Source: the human T2T-CHM13v2.0 reference genome, Homo sapiens
Assembly (NCBI RefSeq): GCF_009914755.1
Contig: NC_060931.1
DNA length: 64,000 nt
Strand: one strand, 5' to 3'
Shown here: positions 1 through 18,066 of the stretch, one piece after another
Layout of the letters: each line of letters begins with the position of its first letter
Numbering within the stretch: position 1 is the stretch's first letter
Notes under the pieces: model-generated
Told to the model about the DNA's origin: nothing
Seen by the model: the letters and a program-made list of their open reading frames with translations, nothing else
The model's database searches: none
Translations under genes and position numbers: made by a program

Positions 1-871
1 TTTTGTTAGAAGGAGATATTGGGAATATGAAGACATAACCCAAATATGTGTATATTACAATTCTGGAGGAAATACCTCAGTTAAAACAAAACAAAAATCA
101 AGAATATTAAAAGTCTTTTATAATTTGACAATAGATCCTCCATATCTTCTCATATTCTGGTGCTTATTTTACATATTTGTAACTTAAGTATTTAAGAAGA
201 GACCTTTCCAATTTATTAAAAATTATTGGATAAGACACCAGCTCAACAGTTTAGTAAGTTTTTTTTGTTTTAGTAATGTTTCCAAGTGGTGACACTGTGT
301 GTATTTAAGTAATTAGTGAATTGGAGGGATGAGCCAATTTCCAGCAGATCTGATTAGATCTGAAAACTAGGCTAAATAATTCCTAGTGAGTATAGAAACA
401 GAATTTGAGTGTCTGAATTATGTAGGTATTTACTTCTGTTACATTTTCTTAACCTTTATTGAAAACAGTGGAAAAGTGAAATGAGAAACGTCTACTTTCT
501 AAAAAAATGAAAATAAGAAGTTATGAGTCAAAATATATGTTGAGAGTAAACCATTCTGTAGGTGTAAAGTAGGCAGAGTTTCAGCTTTAGAATAGATGTA
601 ATACAAATACATATACATATACTTATACTGTTTCATATCCTAACATCCTGGATTGATAACCTGCCTCCCACCCCATAATTTAGCCTGATTTTTTTTTTCA
701 GTCCTTAGCTGTTCAGGAGTTTTAAAATTTGCATTAAATCTTTTAGGTTATTTTACTCCCATGTAAAACTACTGATTAAATTTGGTGAACCCTTTGACTT
801 TACAACAGAAAACAATCAAAATAGTTAACTCTAAAACAATGGTTATCACAGTTTTGAGGACTCTTTTAGTC

Positions 872-1027
872 CAGTAGCTTTCAGATTTTAGCTTGCATCA
901 GAATTACCTGGAAGTTTGGTTAGAAAAGTAGGTCTAAATGTAGCCTGAGAATGTGCATTTCTAACAAGTTTCCAGGTGATGTTAATGAGGCTGGTTTTAG
1001 AACCATATGTGAAAAAAAACCCCACTG
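872..1027. mobile_element. MER5A-like hAT-Charlie MITE
   Basis: Contains 'gcatcagaattacctgga...tgcatttctaacaagtttccaggtgat...ccactg', typical of MER5A. Confidence 0.7.
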
Positions 1028-1479
1028 ACTTAGGGTTTCAAAGAGATGTAAAATTAACACTCTTATCTAGATACAAATAATGAGTTATCTAAGTATTGAA
1101 CACATTTTGAAGATTTTATTTAAGTCATTAATGATGGAACTAGTCAGATATTATAAACAGTTCAAAGAAGCACAAATTTATGTGGAGTAAAGGATATTGA
1201 ACTAAATTTCCAAGTGGTCAGCAAACTGACTTTCTATTGGGGGTAGTCAGTTGAACCTCCATGGGACAGAATTTTCTTGCATGTCTCCAGACTAGAATAA
1301 TTTACATTGCTCTCAGTTATCTACAGCAGTTAATCAACAATTTGAGTTGCAGTATAGCTCGAAGTCAATGAAAAGCTAGAATTAGAAAACGTGGAAGGTT
1401 TTGTACCACAAAGTCCATATTTTTTCATCTTGAGTGCACTGTCATCTTTTTTCTCATTCCCAATTTCCTTACAGTGGCT

Positions 1480-1535
1480 TTTTACCAAACTCCTCAGGTG
1501 ATTCTGATGCAGTCTGAAGTTTGAGAACCATCGGC
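1480..1535. mobile_element. MER5 fragment
   Basis: 'caggtgattctgatgcagtctgaagtttgagaacca' matches a MER5 terminus. Confidence 0.6.
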
Positions 1536-1944
1536 TTAATGTAACAGACAAAATATTTAGTATATTTGTAATACTTATTTACTAAATCATGTTTTCTTAT
1601 ACAACTTATTTCTTATACAGATTATTTCATACGTAGCCAGTTCATTATTTGAAAAATCAAGGTCAGATTGCCCCTGTTAGCTGATATTTTAACCTCTTGA
1701 TTGCCTATAAAGGAATTAAATATGCATTTATATAATAAAGTAGTTGTGAAGTTTTTGAACATAATTAGAAAAAAGACTCTTTGTTGATCGAGTATAAAAT
1801 GTGCTTCATGAAGCGTTTGATTAGTTAAAATATGAAAAATTTTAGTTGAAGAGCTTTTAATAGGGCTTATCTTTAGTCAGTCATTTTATACATAATAAAA
1901 TGCCTCTCACAATTCTGAAAGGACCTAGCGAATTTAAGAAGCTG

Positions 1945-2185
1945 GGTGATGTAATATAAAGAGCCCTGGATTTAGGAGGTCAGTCTTAGTTTATTCCCTT
2001 TTTGTAGCTAGTAAGTTATTTAATTTGTAATTCACAATGGTGGTGAGGGCATAAAGATAAATGCATCACAGCTCTTGTGATGACATAAGTGCTTGCTTTC
2101 TGGATTTCAGTTTTCTCATGTGCAAAATAAGGATTATAGAGCCAAATGAGACCCAAGGTTGTCTTAAGCACTAACATTATGTGAT
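1945..2185 (+). mobile_element. Degenerate MIR/MIR3 SINE
   Basis: 'agagccctggatttaggag' and core 'tcagttttctcatgtgcaaaataagga'. Confidence 0.5.
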
Positions 2186-2261
2186 ACTTTGAATATTGCA
2201 CAGTGGAAAACATTAAACAAGTGTGTGCTAAATCGGAGTTGTTCACCATTTCTCTCTCATT

Positions 2262-3415
2262 TTTCTTTTTTTTAACTTTTAAAACTGACACGTAATAATT
2301 GTGTATATTTATTGAGTACATAATGATGTTGCATATCAGGGTAATTAGCATATCCATCACCTCAAATATTTATCATTTCTTTGTGTTGGGAATGTTTAAT
2401 ATCCTCTTTCTAGCTATATGAAACTATGTATTATTGTTAAATGTATTCATTTTACAATACTATAGAACACTAGAATTTACTCTTCTTATCTAGCTGTAAT
2501 TTTGTATTCTTTAACAAATCTCTCCCTTTCCCTTCCTTGTGCTTCCCCTTCTTAGCATCTAGTATTTTCTGTTCTACTTTACTTCTATGAGATCAACATT
2601 TTTTTAGCTTCCTCATATGAATGAGACATGTGGTGTTTAACTTTCTGTTTTTGGCTTATTTTACTTAACATAATGTCCGCCAGTTCCATCCTTGTTATTG
2701 CAAATTACAGGATTTCCTTCTTTTTTATGGCTGAATAGTACTCCATTGTGTATAAATACACCACATTTTCTTTATCTCTGTTGTCGGACACCTGATTTAA
2801 TTTCATATCTTGGCTATTGTGAATAGTGCTGTAGTAAGTAAGTATAGGGTTGCAGGTGTCTCTGCAATATACTGATTTCTTTTCCTTTGGAAAAATGCCC
2901 CAGCAATGGTAGTTCTATTTGTAGTTTTTTGAGAAACTTCCATACTGTTCTTCATAGTGGCTGTACTAGTTTCCATTCCCACCAATAGTGTATGAGTTCC
3001 CTTATCTCCCCATTCTTGCTAGCATTTGCTATGTCTTGTCTTTTTGATAATAGCCATTTTAGAATGAGATAATACCTAATTGTTTTGATTTGTAATTCCC
3101 TGATGATTAGTGATGTTGAGCATTTTTTCCTAAATTGGTTGGCAATTTGTTTGTCTTTTTTAGGGAAATGTCTGTTCAGACCATTTGCCCATTTTTAAAT
3201 TGGATCACTTGCCTTTTTGTTTGTTTTTCTGTTTGAGTTTCTTGTATATTCTGGATATTAATCTCCTGTCAGATGAATAGTTTGAAAATATTTTTTCTTA
3301 TTCAACATGTTATCTCTTCACTCTGTTGATTGTTTCCTTTACTGTGCTGAGGCTTTTTAGTTTAATATAGTCCCATTTGTTTGTGTTTGTTGCCTATGCT
3401 TTTGGGAGTCTGATT
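2262..3415 (-). mobile_element. L1MA-type LINE 3' end
   Basis: T-rich tail, then L1MA 3'UTR ('agcatatccatcacctcaaatatttatcatttctttgtg') and the ORF2 end. Confidence 0.85.
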
Positions 3416-3480
3416 GGTAATAGTTCTTCTTTTCTTAATCTTTATTTTTTCTTTCCTTTTTATTTTCACCACTCTTTATA

Positions 3481-3819
<339 letters not shown>

Positions 3820-5780
3820 TAAAATTGCTTTATTGAGGTATAGTTGACATCCAATGTACTGCACGTATTTAAAGTATACTATTTGGTAAGTTTAAACATA
3901 ATGTATACCCTATGTGATCATCATAGCAATGAGGAAAATGAATGTCACACCCCAAAGTTTTCTTTGAGTCCTTCTATAATCTTCCCTTCCCCCACTTCAG
4001 ACAACTACTGATACGCTTCCTGTCATAATAGACTAGTTTGCATTTTCTAGGATTGTATATAAATGGAAGTACAGAGTATGTACTCTTTTTTAAATCCAGC
4101 CTTTTTGTTCAGCATAATTGTCCATGTTGTGCAAGTATCAATACTTTCTAACTTCTTGTTGCTAGCTAGGATTCTTTTTTTTATGGCTGTGCCACAATTC
4201 ATTTGTTTGTTCGCCTGATGACAGATGTGGGAATTGTTTTCAGTTTTGGGTATTACAAATAGAGCTGCTATGAACAGATGTATACAAATTTTAATATAAA
4301 CATGCACTTTTCTTTTGGGTAATCACCTAGGAGTGGATCGTATTGTAGGTGTATGTTTACTTTTAAAGAAACTGCCAAACTGTTTTTCAAAGTGATTGTA
4401 CCATTTTTATATTCCCACTAATAGTATGTGAACATTCAATTTCCTTTACATCCATGCCAGCACTTGGGCTGGGCAGTCTTTTTAAATTTTAGCCATTGTA
4501 ATAGATATGTAGTAGAATGTTACTGTGGTTTCAATTTAGATTTCTCTAATGGCTAATGATTTTGCATCTTTTTATTGCCTTTTTTTGCAATCATATGTGT
4601 ATCTTATTTTGTGAAAAATTTGCTTAAATATTTTCTGATTTTTTAAAAATTAAGTTGTTTTCTTACTGTTTTAAGAGTTATTTATTCTGAATATAAGTAA
4701 TATATTTATTCTGAATATTTTGTTGAAGTCCGCTTTAGCAAGTTTTTCTTTCATGGATCATCTTTTGGTGTCATATCTAAGAAATCTTTGGTTAATCCAA
4801 GGTCACAAATATATTCTACTTTTTCTTCTAGATTTTTGTAGTTTTAGTTTTACTTTTAAGTATATGATGTATTTTGAGTTAATTTTATGTATGTTGAGAG
4901 GTATGGATTAGTATGTGTATGGTTTTTTTTTTCTTTTTTGCATCTGGATATCCAGTTGTTCCTGTACCTTTTTTCAAAAAGACCATCCTTTTTCTACAGA
5001 ATTGCTTCTGTCAAAAATCAGTTTTTTATATATGTGTGGGTGCTCTATTTTATGTATTTTATATATTTCTGGGTTCTCTATTCTGTTCCATTGATCTATT
5101 TGTCTTGTGTTGATGCCAGTACCACATTCTGTTATGGTAGCTTAATAATAATCCTTAAAAGCAGGAACAGTTAGCCTTTGAACTGTGTTCTTTTCCAGTT
5201 GTTTGGCTCCTCTAAGTATTTTCTTTTGTCTATGAATTTTAGAATTAGCTTGTCAATTTATACAAAAGAGCCTGCTGGTATTTTGATTTGTATTGTTTGG
5301 AATCTGTGAATCAATTTGGGGAGAATTGGCATCTTAGCAATATGGAGTTTTTGTGAACAAGCTGTAGCTCTATTTGTATAGGTCTCTTTAATTTCTCTCA
5401 GCAGTGCTTTCTAGTTTCTAGTGTACATATCTTACACACTTTTTTTTTGCTGGGTTTATTCCTAAATATTTCCTATTTTTGCTGCTAAGGTAGATGGCAA
5501 TTTTTAAAATTTCAATTTTCGGTGCTAGTATCTAGAAATGCAGTGGGTTTTAAAAATACTTTTATTTTATATCTTTTAATCTTACTGGACTCTATTAGTA
5601 GAAGTAGCTTGGAAATTTTGTCAGATTTTTTACCCAGACTGCCATGTTGTCTGTGAATAAAGATACTTTTACATCTTCCTTTTCTCTTTGCTCGAGTTAC
5701 TGAACTGGCTAAAGCCTCCAGCTGAATGTTGGATAAAAATGGTGAAGCAGACATCTTTGTCATATTCCTGATTGTAGGGA

Positions 5781-6260
5781 TGTAGGGGAGGAAAAGAAAT
5801 ATCTTTTCCTTGCCCATTACAAGGTTTATGGCTGACATCCTATAACAAAAGACAGACTGACAAGAGAGAAGCCTAACAAATTTATTTAACCGAAGTTTTA
5901 TCTGACACAAGAGCCCTCAGAAATGAAGACTTAAAGACCCAGGGAAAACTGTGTATTTTTTTTTTCATAGGTGCGATGAACAAATAAATAGTCATGTAGA
6001 AGTATGATTGGACTGAAAAGATATAATCTATTGGGATCATAGAGGAAACTTAGAAAGGCCTGTTTGTTCAGATTCTTCTGTGTCTTCATTCCTTCCCGCT
6101 GGGTATAGGGCAGGACACCAGTCACATAGGGTCTTCAGGGGAGAAGGTGGGGAGAATTCTTTTTATGGACCCAGGAAGAAAGGGCGGGAGAAGATCAGAG
6201 TGATCTTTGTGTTCATGCCAAGATGCCGTATTTTGGGATATAATGTCCTGAGCCCTGAAA
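5781..6260 (-). mobile_element. Solo ERV1 LTR (MER39/MER34-like)
   Basis: Splits L1 at 'attgtaggga|...|aggaaaacac'; ~4-bp TSD ggga/agga; minus-strand AATAAA near 5882; subfamily uncertain. Confidence 0.7.
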
Positions 6261-6447
6261 AGGAAAACACTGAGTCTTTCACCATTAAGTAAGATGTTAG
6301 CTGGATTTTTAAAAAATGTACTTTTTATCAAATTGATGAAGTTCCTTTCTATTCTTTGTTAAATAGAGAGTTTTTATTAGGAATAATGTTAGATTTTTAA
6401 GTTATTAATTTGGTTAATTACATTAATTTTTTAAAAAACTAATTGCT

Positions 6448-6755
6448 GGGCGGGTGTGGTGGCTCATGCCTGTAATTCCAGCACTTTGGGAGGCTGAGGC
6501 AGACGGATCACGAGGTCAAGAGATTGAGACCATCCTGGCCAACATGGTGAAACCCCGTCTTTACTAAAAATACAAAAATTAGCTGGGCATGGTGGTGTGC
6601 ACCTGTAGTCCCAGCTACTTGGGAGGCTGAGGCAGGAGAATCACTTGAACCTGGGAGGCGGAGGTTGCAGAGTTGACATCGCGCCACCACACTCTAGCCT
6701 GGTGACCAAACGAGACTCCGTCTCAAAAAAAAAAAACACAAAAAACCCACAAAAC
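6448..6755 (+). mobile_element. AluSc-like
   Basis: 'gatcacgaggtcaagagattgagaccatcctggccaacatgg'; TSD ending 'aattgct'. Confidence 0.93.
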
Positions 6756-6859
6756 CCAAATTGCTTTTTCAAGGTAAGCCAAATTTGCATTTTTGGGATA
6801 AAACTCACATGGTCATAATATATTATCCTTTCAACATACTGTTTAATGCAGTTTGCTAA

Positions 6860-9900
<3,041 letters not shown>

Positions 9901-10597
9901 TTCTGTTTTTAATAGAAGAATTTATTTTAATTGTGACTTTGAATAAATATAACCTGAGGTTGTTTATTTTTCTTGTTTAGTGAGTAGCTCTTCACAGAAT
10001 TAGAGCCCTCCCTCCTTTTTTAAAAAATGAAATTCTACACAGGACCCCAATATAGAAAATAGTTAAAACTTCATCTGCTCTCATTTAAATTAGGTTTATA
10101 GCTCTGTTGGTCTCTACCTAACACCAAAGCAATCTGGTACTCCCAAAAATAAAATTTGAAAACCTGTGAACTATTTACCCCTCTCATTTTACAGGAGGAA
10201 ACTAACTTCTAGAAGGGTCAAATGTTTTGTCTTAAAGTAATGAATCTTAAACTGTCTGGCTTATATGAGTTTTTCTAGCATTTGAAATAAGACCTCTTAT
10301 ATCCTAACTCAGTGTCTGATTTTTCTTAGTCAGCTTGATTTTTTTTAAAAGGTCTCTTTGATTTTGAGCTGTTTCAGCATGAGATTCTTGAGAACTCCAT
10401 TTCCTATTAATCTTTGTATGGCGCATTGAGTCCACATGGGCTCTGTTGTAACTTCTAGCTGTTTAAACAATCTTGGAATAGTTTATATTAAATCCAGTCC
10501 AACATTTGGTTTATTCTGTTTTCTCACACTTCAGTATATAAGATTTCTGCTTATCCGTTTTACAAAAACTGTATGAAGATGGCTACATACTTCTTGG

Positions 10598-10885
10598 TGT
10601 TTTTTTGTTTGTTTTTGAGACAGAATCTTACTCTGTCACCCAGGTTGGGGTACAGTAGTGTAACCATGGCTCACTGCATCCTTGACCTTGGGGCTCAAGT
10701 GGTCCTTCCATCTCAGCCTCCCAAGTAGCAGGGACTACAGATATAAGCCACTATGCCTGGCAAATGTTTGGTAGAGACAGGGTCTCACCATGCTGCCAGG
10801 CTGATCTTGAACCCCTGGGCTCAAGTGATTCTCCCCGCTTGGCTTCCCAAAGTCCTGTGATTACAGGTGTGAGCCACTGCCATCC
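10598..10885 (-). mobile_element. AluJ (shortened linker)
   Basis: 'ccatggctcactgcatccttgaccttggggctcaagtggtcc'. Confidence 0.9.
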
Positions 10886-11607
10886 ATCTTGTTTTATTCC
10901 TTATTCCTCTTCAATTGTTGTGTTTATGTCATTTAATCTCCTAGAAACTATTTGGACTATATTGTGATGAATGATGTACTTTGAACTCTAAGTAGTAGAT
11001 CATGGATTGTGACTTTGAATTGTTGGGGAAGTTTCATATTGAAGGAAGCAGGGAATGTCAACAGCTTTCACTGTGTTACTTGGCAGAAATCTTCTTTATG
11101 GGCAGTCTGCAGTCTGAATCTAAGAGCTACAGTTTAATTCTTCCTGAAAGCTGTCCTGTGTTCAGTCACTGCTTCATCAGTATGGCCTATGGTATAGAAA
11201 TGGGACAGCCACTCTAGATGGATGAGAGGTGGACAGGCAGGATAGATACAGCACTAGGTTCATCTCTTCAGTCTACTGGTTATAGCTAGACTTTAATATT
11301 GAAGAATTATGTTGCTGCTATTCTATTATTTCATTTTCTTCTTACTTAAAAAAGAAAATCAACAGAAAACACCAAATAATTTAGTTATACATATGTCCTC
11401 AGATAGTCTTAGAAAGGTTTCCTTTGAAATGCATCTGTAGTGGCTACTAGGGACTCAATGAATATTCATCCAATGAACAGATGAACTAAGCCCAATAAAA
11501 TCAACAAAACATCTCCTAAGAAATTGTTGATCGTGTGCAACTGTTTGAGTTGCATTACTTTTTAGCACAAGAAGAATAGCATCACTACCAAAACCAGCTG
11601 AGATATC

Positions 11608-11936
<329 letters not shown>

Positions 11937-12499
11937 AAGATACCTTATTTAAATTAAGATTCATCATGCAGTTCTGATGTAGTTCTTTTGTAAGTAGTGC
12001 GGCAAAATTTTTCATACCCATCATTGTGTCCTAAACACTCAAAATAATGCTTCATACATGATATAGGTGTTCAGGAAGTGTTTGTAGAATGAGAAAATAA
12101 ATCTGTTCTATTGCATTGCAGTGTGTGCACATGACAGGCCTAACAGATCTCAAGAAAACTGTTCTTTCATGGCTGTTGATTTCATGTAGATTTTTGCATG
12201 TACACTTCACATACACATATGTTTACATCTCTATGATGTATATTAGTAGCCATTTCCTTTCTAACATTGGTACTTAGTAGTTTGATTTTTTTTTAAACAA
12301 ATCTTATTTTATGTAGTAATTGATGCTTTTTCATGTACTCTTACTATAGCCTACATAATTTGAGTTCTTTTTCCTTTATTTTTTTCCTTTTTCCAGGTGA
12401 AAATTTCCTACCTATTGGAAATATAATTTGTAGTTTTTGACTGATTTATCTTATATTGATAAAAGATAGGGCATTTAGGAAGAATTTTTATGCATATTA

Positions 12500-12650
12500 T
12501 TTTGTTTTCTCCCTCAACTTCTTTGTAAGGTAGGTGAACAGATGAGGTAAATGATGCAGATAGGCTAATCGTCTCTCTCCAAGTCACACAGTTAAGTTGC
12601 AGGGTTAGGATTCCAGGGTCATTGTTCCTTTTGCTGATTCTACACTATCT
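12500..12650 (-). mobile_element. MIR
   Basis: 'cagatgaggtaaatgatgc...ccaagtcacacagttaagttgcagggttaggatt'. Confidence 0.6.
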
Positions 12651-15484
12651 CTGAATATTCTCTTTCAAAAAAGGATACATAATCTATTTGCTTTAGTTAA
12701 CGCAGAATTGACTTGCAATTTTGGTTAAAGAGAATGAAAAGGAAATCACTGTATTTAGTGGGAAAATGTCATTTCAAAGGTTGATTCTGATCTTTAAAAA
12801 TTGTAATTGTAATTATCTTGTGTAGAGCCCTGTGTCTTAACATCCTCATTTAATAATTTGTTTGTCATATAAGCAGATGGTGAGAAAACAGTGATTCCCA
12901 GATCTGTCATTACTGCTGTGGTAATTTGATGTTTTATAGTTAAGAATTTTGACTGGTAGAAGGCTGATCTAGAATTCACATGTCTCTGGGGACCTGTATT
13001 GTTTGGATTTGGAGGTATACTTGTATTTGAATTCAGGGAAGGCTGTTATAAATAAGGACTTGGCTTGCATGATAAGTAACATTTCTTTATATAGCTATTC
13101 AGTTGAGCTATTGAAAGTAAAACATACAAACAAACAAACAACAATAGCAAAAAACGCTTTGTGTTGTTGTTGACAGAAAAGTTGAAGCTTTTCAATGGTG
13201 TTTTCCTCTCTCATGTCGCATAACCATGATGGTGATAAGCGTACAATTATATATAAAGGCAAAAAAGTTCAAAGTCCAGAGGTATTAAATCTTTATGGTA
13301 AATGAGAGCCTGTAAGTCATGTAATACACTAAGAAGTATGTTCTGAAAATCTTAAGAGATCCAATTGCCATGTGACTCTCACAATGTTATCCTTTATGAG
13401 GAGAATAAAAGGATGCTTAGTGTGACTTTTGCAACATCAAGCCCAGTTGAAACACAAATTTTATTTTGATTTGTGAGTCCAATCCAACCAGTTATTTTTC
13501 ATTTTCCATTTACCATCATTTTGATTAGTATTTTTTGTTAATCAGTTCAGAGTTACTATTTGCAGCCCTCTGAAAGCTGGAGCCTACATTAGAAGTTTTC
13601 TAAATGTATTGAAGACAAAGCCATTTATTAAAATCTGATATTAAACTGTCACTTTCCAGAGGCATATTTGAAAAACAGAAAAACAAACAAACAAAAAAAA
13701 CACAAGGGAAACCATAGAGCTCTTCCTGAGATGCTTTAATTCAGGAGTTTCTACTCAAAAAGTTAATCACTGACAAAATTCTTTGAAATGTTTTAGTGTT
13801 CGTGTGAGTGTCACAAGCCATGCTTTTTAGAAACCAGAATTTTGTAATAAGTGCTCTCTCTGCAGCAATTAAAAAGTGGCGTCATCTATGGTAAACACTA
13901 AGTTGGTCTATTGAGAGGGAAATAGCTAGCCCTTCAAAATACCTTTGTGGGAGTGAAAATTACCTTTCGTACTGAAACTTACTAACCCCCAGTGATTAAG
14001 AGGCCATTTCATGTTCAAAAACATGTTATTAAAAATAATGAGTGTGATATTTTAAGTACATGACTATTACTACAAAAATTGTAATATTATAGATTAGGAT
14101 TTATTCATACACTGAAGGTCTCATATGTTGATATGAACTATATTTCATTTAAGAAGGCCTTGGGAGGAGGAGTCAGGATCATGAACAATCTGAGAGTTTA
14201 TCCAAGACCTGTAAGTTATAAGAAGGAAGAGTTGAGAGGTAGCTGAGGTGGGTGTCTCCAGGTAGGACACGTGAAGATGGGAATAAGTTCAGGGGACCTG
14301 AGAAAGGTGCTTGGTGCCTAAAGTCAGAGGAAAGTCAAATTAGGGATTCCTTTTAGGGAGGTGAGGAGAGCAACTTAGACGTGATGTTGCATTTGTGAGC
14401 TTGGAACCCAGAGTTAAAAGAAAATATACAGAATTGAAAAATATTACCTGGCCTAAAATTGGAAGTAGAATGATTTCGCAGGAAAGAAAAGTGAAAGAGG
14501 AACTATCATCTCCTAGGCAAAAACAGAACAGTGTAGAGTCAGGAAGAAATCATGATTTGTCTTCAAGCTGAGATTAGTTAATTGGATGGCACAGTATAGG
14601 TGTCTAACTTACCCGTACATAGTTTACTCTCTTCAGGTGTCCTTAAACTGTGATGTAAGTGTTCATCTGAATTTACTCTGTATTTACATTCTATCCATGA
14701 TGTCTGTAATAGCTATGACTATAAAAGGGAGGGCCAGCCTCATTACTCCTTGGATGGCTACACTGCAGTAGGACCCAGAGGATGTGAGTATGGGAATCTG
14801 ATCCTGAGTCCTGCTGGTTGGAGAGTTGCCAGTGTCATCATAACTTGTAAAAAAAGTCCCATAAGACACTTGTAAAGGATAAGTCTTAAAGTATGTAAGA
14901 ATAAATCAGAAAATTGCCTTTTTTAAAAAAAAGCTTTTTAAAAAGCTTTTTAGCTGGTGATTGTGTCTTTCTTTTCTTTAGGATTCTTTAATAAGTAATT
15001 TTAGTAAAGTGTCATTCTTAGTTGCTAAAGAAAACAGTCGTCTCCTGTTTTCAGTCATCAGATTCAAGCCTATTAGGAAAAACTTGAATAATTATTCTTA
15101 CACGTCTCCATTAATATGAAGAATCATGCATAAAATGTAGTCCATGCTTATCTCTAAAATAAACAAGGAAATAAAATTTCCGGGTTCTGTTAGTTGTTAG
15201 AAAACATGGTAACTCAACTTGTTATTCTGCACCTTGGGAAAAAAATGCTTCCTTGTTGATTCCAAGTAAGATCATTTAGAAACTAAAGTCTACCATGTAG
15301 AGTATAAAAATGAGATTGTTAAGGGGATGCTCCTTTATTCTGAAAACTCTCTAATGAGGGAACAAAAATATAACCCTGGTTTTAATATTTATGTAACTTT
15401 TTGCAGAAATAATTTAAAATAGGGAGAGGTAACTTTCAATCCCAAACATAGATCAAATACTTAGTAATTTATTTGACCTATAAT

Positions 15485-15656
15485 GCTGGTTCTCAACCCT
15501 GGCTACTCTTTACAATCACCTGGGAGCTTCTTAAAATTACCAGTGTGATCTTAACCCCAGAGATTCTGATTTATTGTTGGTCTGGGTTAGGGCCTAGGCA
15601 TGGTTAATTGGATTCCTTAGGTAATTCTAATGTGTAGTCAGAATTGAAAACCACTG
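15485..15656. mobile_element. MER5B/MER5A1-like MITE
   Basis: TIR-like ends 'tggttctcaaccctggc' and 'ttgaaaaccactg'. Confidence 0.8.
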
Positions 15657-18027
15657 CCTTAGAAACACACAGTTGAACTTTCTTTTATCTTCATATGGAA
15701 TCAGAAAAGTAAAGAGGAAGAAAAGGAGTGACCTGTAGATTAGCTACCCATCTGTACTTATTCTAAAAGATCAAGGTAGGGAGCAGGTGAAGGCTTGGAT
15801 TTTGCACCCTTTGTACCAGAACACATGGGCCAGTGTGCAGTACTGGAAGTAAAGTTCTTGGATGTTACAGTGTGGTGGCATTTCTTGTCAGGAGAGAAGG
15901 GAATGATAGATTGTTTTAACTTTTCTTCTTCTGCTTGACTTTGAGTAAAAAGTTGAGCATCTCCTGCTTTTTTAGCATTTTAGGAAAAAAATTATTGTGC
16001 CAAGAGTATCAGGTAATCTGTCATAAAAATATATGAATGGAGCAGATCTGTGCATCACTTCAAACTAAAGATATATAAAAGCATTCCTTTGTGCTTTTTT
16101 GCTAAGCTGTGACAGCACAATCACTGGTTATTTTGTAAAGAAATTTATTTTAAAACAGTATGACGGCCAAAAAAAAGCTATTGGAAGGAGAGGAAGAGAG
16201 GACACACCTAGGTTACATTTGGCCTCTTTTAAGTCTGTGAGACATGTTTAAAAATCTTTAAAGAAAGCTTACTTTGTCACTATCCCATTTCTGCTATAAT
16301 CAACATAATTATACCTTTTTAAATTAACTAATCTATGAGTACCGACTTAATGAATGAGTTCCATGTATATGGAGCTGCTTAAAGACTCTGAAAAGAATAG
16401 GAATGTCTTATTAATATCAATTCTGGATACTACGTGCCTAAATGAACCTTCTTTAGAGGGCTAATCCAGAGTACTCATGCATAGAATAAAAGCTTACTGG
16501 ATAGGCTCAATAATAGAATGGATATGACTGGATATGACTGAGAGTAGATACCGTATACTGTGGTATGACTGGTGACCTGTTGGATGTCGCTGTCCTGTAG
16601 TCATTGGTTAAATATACTCCTGATGACAGATGGGTACATGCACTTCATCCAGCTTTGCTGCTGCACGTTGTCATGGTGAAGGGGAAGGACACACTACAAA
16701 TGATGATTCCTTCCCACAGACTACAGTCCATATCTTAACAAAGATCTGTCGAATGTTTCCCTGTGGAAAAGAGGATTTTAATATATTTTTCTCTTGCTGA
16801 CTTGAGTAAAGATTTCTGATTATCCTAGAACAGAGATAATGGAGGTAATTTTTCATGGAAAAACTATATACTTTCGTTTGTAAGCTGTTAGAATTGGCAT
16901 TTTGTTGGTTGGGTGCCAGGCTGCTAGACTATGCACCACGTGGGCAGGGATTTTGTTTTGCTCAATGTTGTATTCCTGATGAAAGGTAAATGATTTTAAT
17001 TTTGATAAAGTGATTTATTTACTTTTTAATTTTTTCATTTTTTCCACTTGTTATTTCACTTTGTAATTATATGATATAATCTATTTTTAGTTTTCTCCAC
17101 AGGGCTAAATATGGTAACAATTTATTGTTTATTCAGGGCACTCAGTAAACTGAGGATTTGTGAATACTGTATGAATTCATTTTATAGAGAATAACAGTTT
17201 AAAAAAACTAATGACTGGAACATTAGTATTGAACTTTTGTCTTACAATAAACTTTTTAAAAAAGTTTAAAGAAAATTTTTAGAAGTTTCAAGGCATATAA
17301 TCACAGATATAAAATGCATTAAGAAAACCTATTCAGAATCGCACAGATTTATTCACATTTCAAAACACTTAAATATGCAAAAAAGAAAATCCACAGAATG
17401 GTTTTAAATTACAAACTCACCTTGTGAATTTAAACCTAATTTCATTTTCAAAAGTTCAATTTTCAGCTCATTTTAGGATCATTTATATGTTGTAAAAGTG
17501 ATATATACTAGCATCTGGTTATGGTCAGCACCTGCCAAGAAAGTTAATAAAGCATTTCTTTAAGATCTTTGGTTTAGAAAAATGTTCTGGCTATATTTAT
17601 AGTAGCCTATATAAATAAGTGCTACAAACCTTACCACTTCACAATTTTTGTGAATTCTTTTTCTCCATTGAACAGATGCAAATAGAAAAATTAATTAGCC
17701 TTTCCCTTGTTACCAGACATAAATTATTATTCTCTTCTAAAGATACAAAAAAAAATTGATGAGAAGAATCATAGAATTTTTAGAAGTGGAAAGTATCTTA
17801 GAAGTAATCTACACTTATTTTTAGCATCTTGCTTATAGATTTCAATTTTGTAAAAACCTTAGTGGTATTTTGATGGTAGGATATTTTTATTAAGTTTTTA
17901 AATGTCTTAATGTTCTCTCTGTAGCCTTATTTGTTAATTTTTGCCAAGAATCTTTCCACAAAATCTGAATTACTTGCTTCAATTTGCACCTTTCATAAGG
18001 ATTAAAATAAATTGAGATCTTAAGAAC

Positions 18028-18066
<39 letters not shown>

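Noticed and set aside
12360-12400. Polypyrimidine tract plus CAG acceptor
   Set aside because: No matching donor or coding-like exon follows.
16509-16572. Short 'gatatgactg' repeats
   Set aside because: A simple 10-bp slippage duplication with no further structure.
16699-16800. Possible C/D box snoRNA (ATGATGA...CTGA)
   Set aside because: No convincing terminal stem, C'/D' boxes or recognisable guide.
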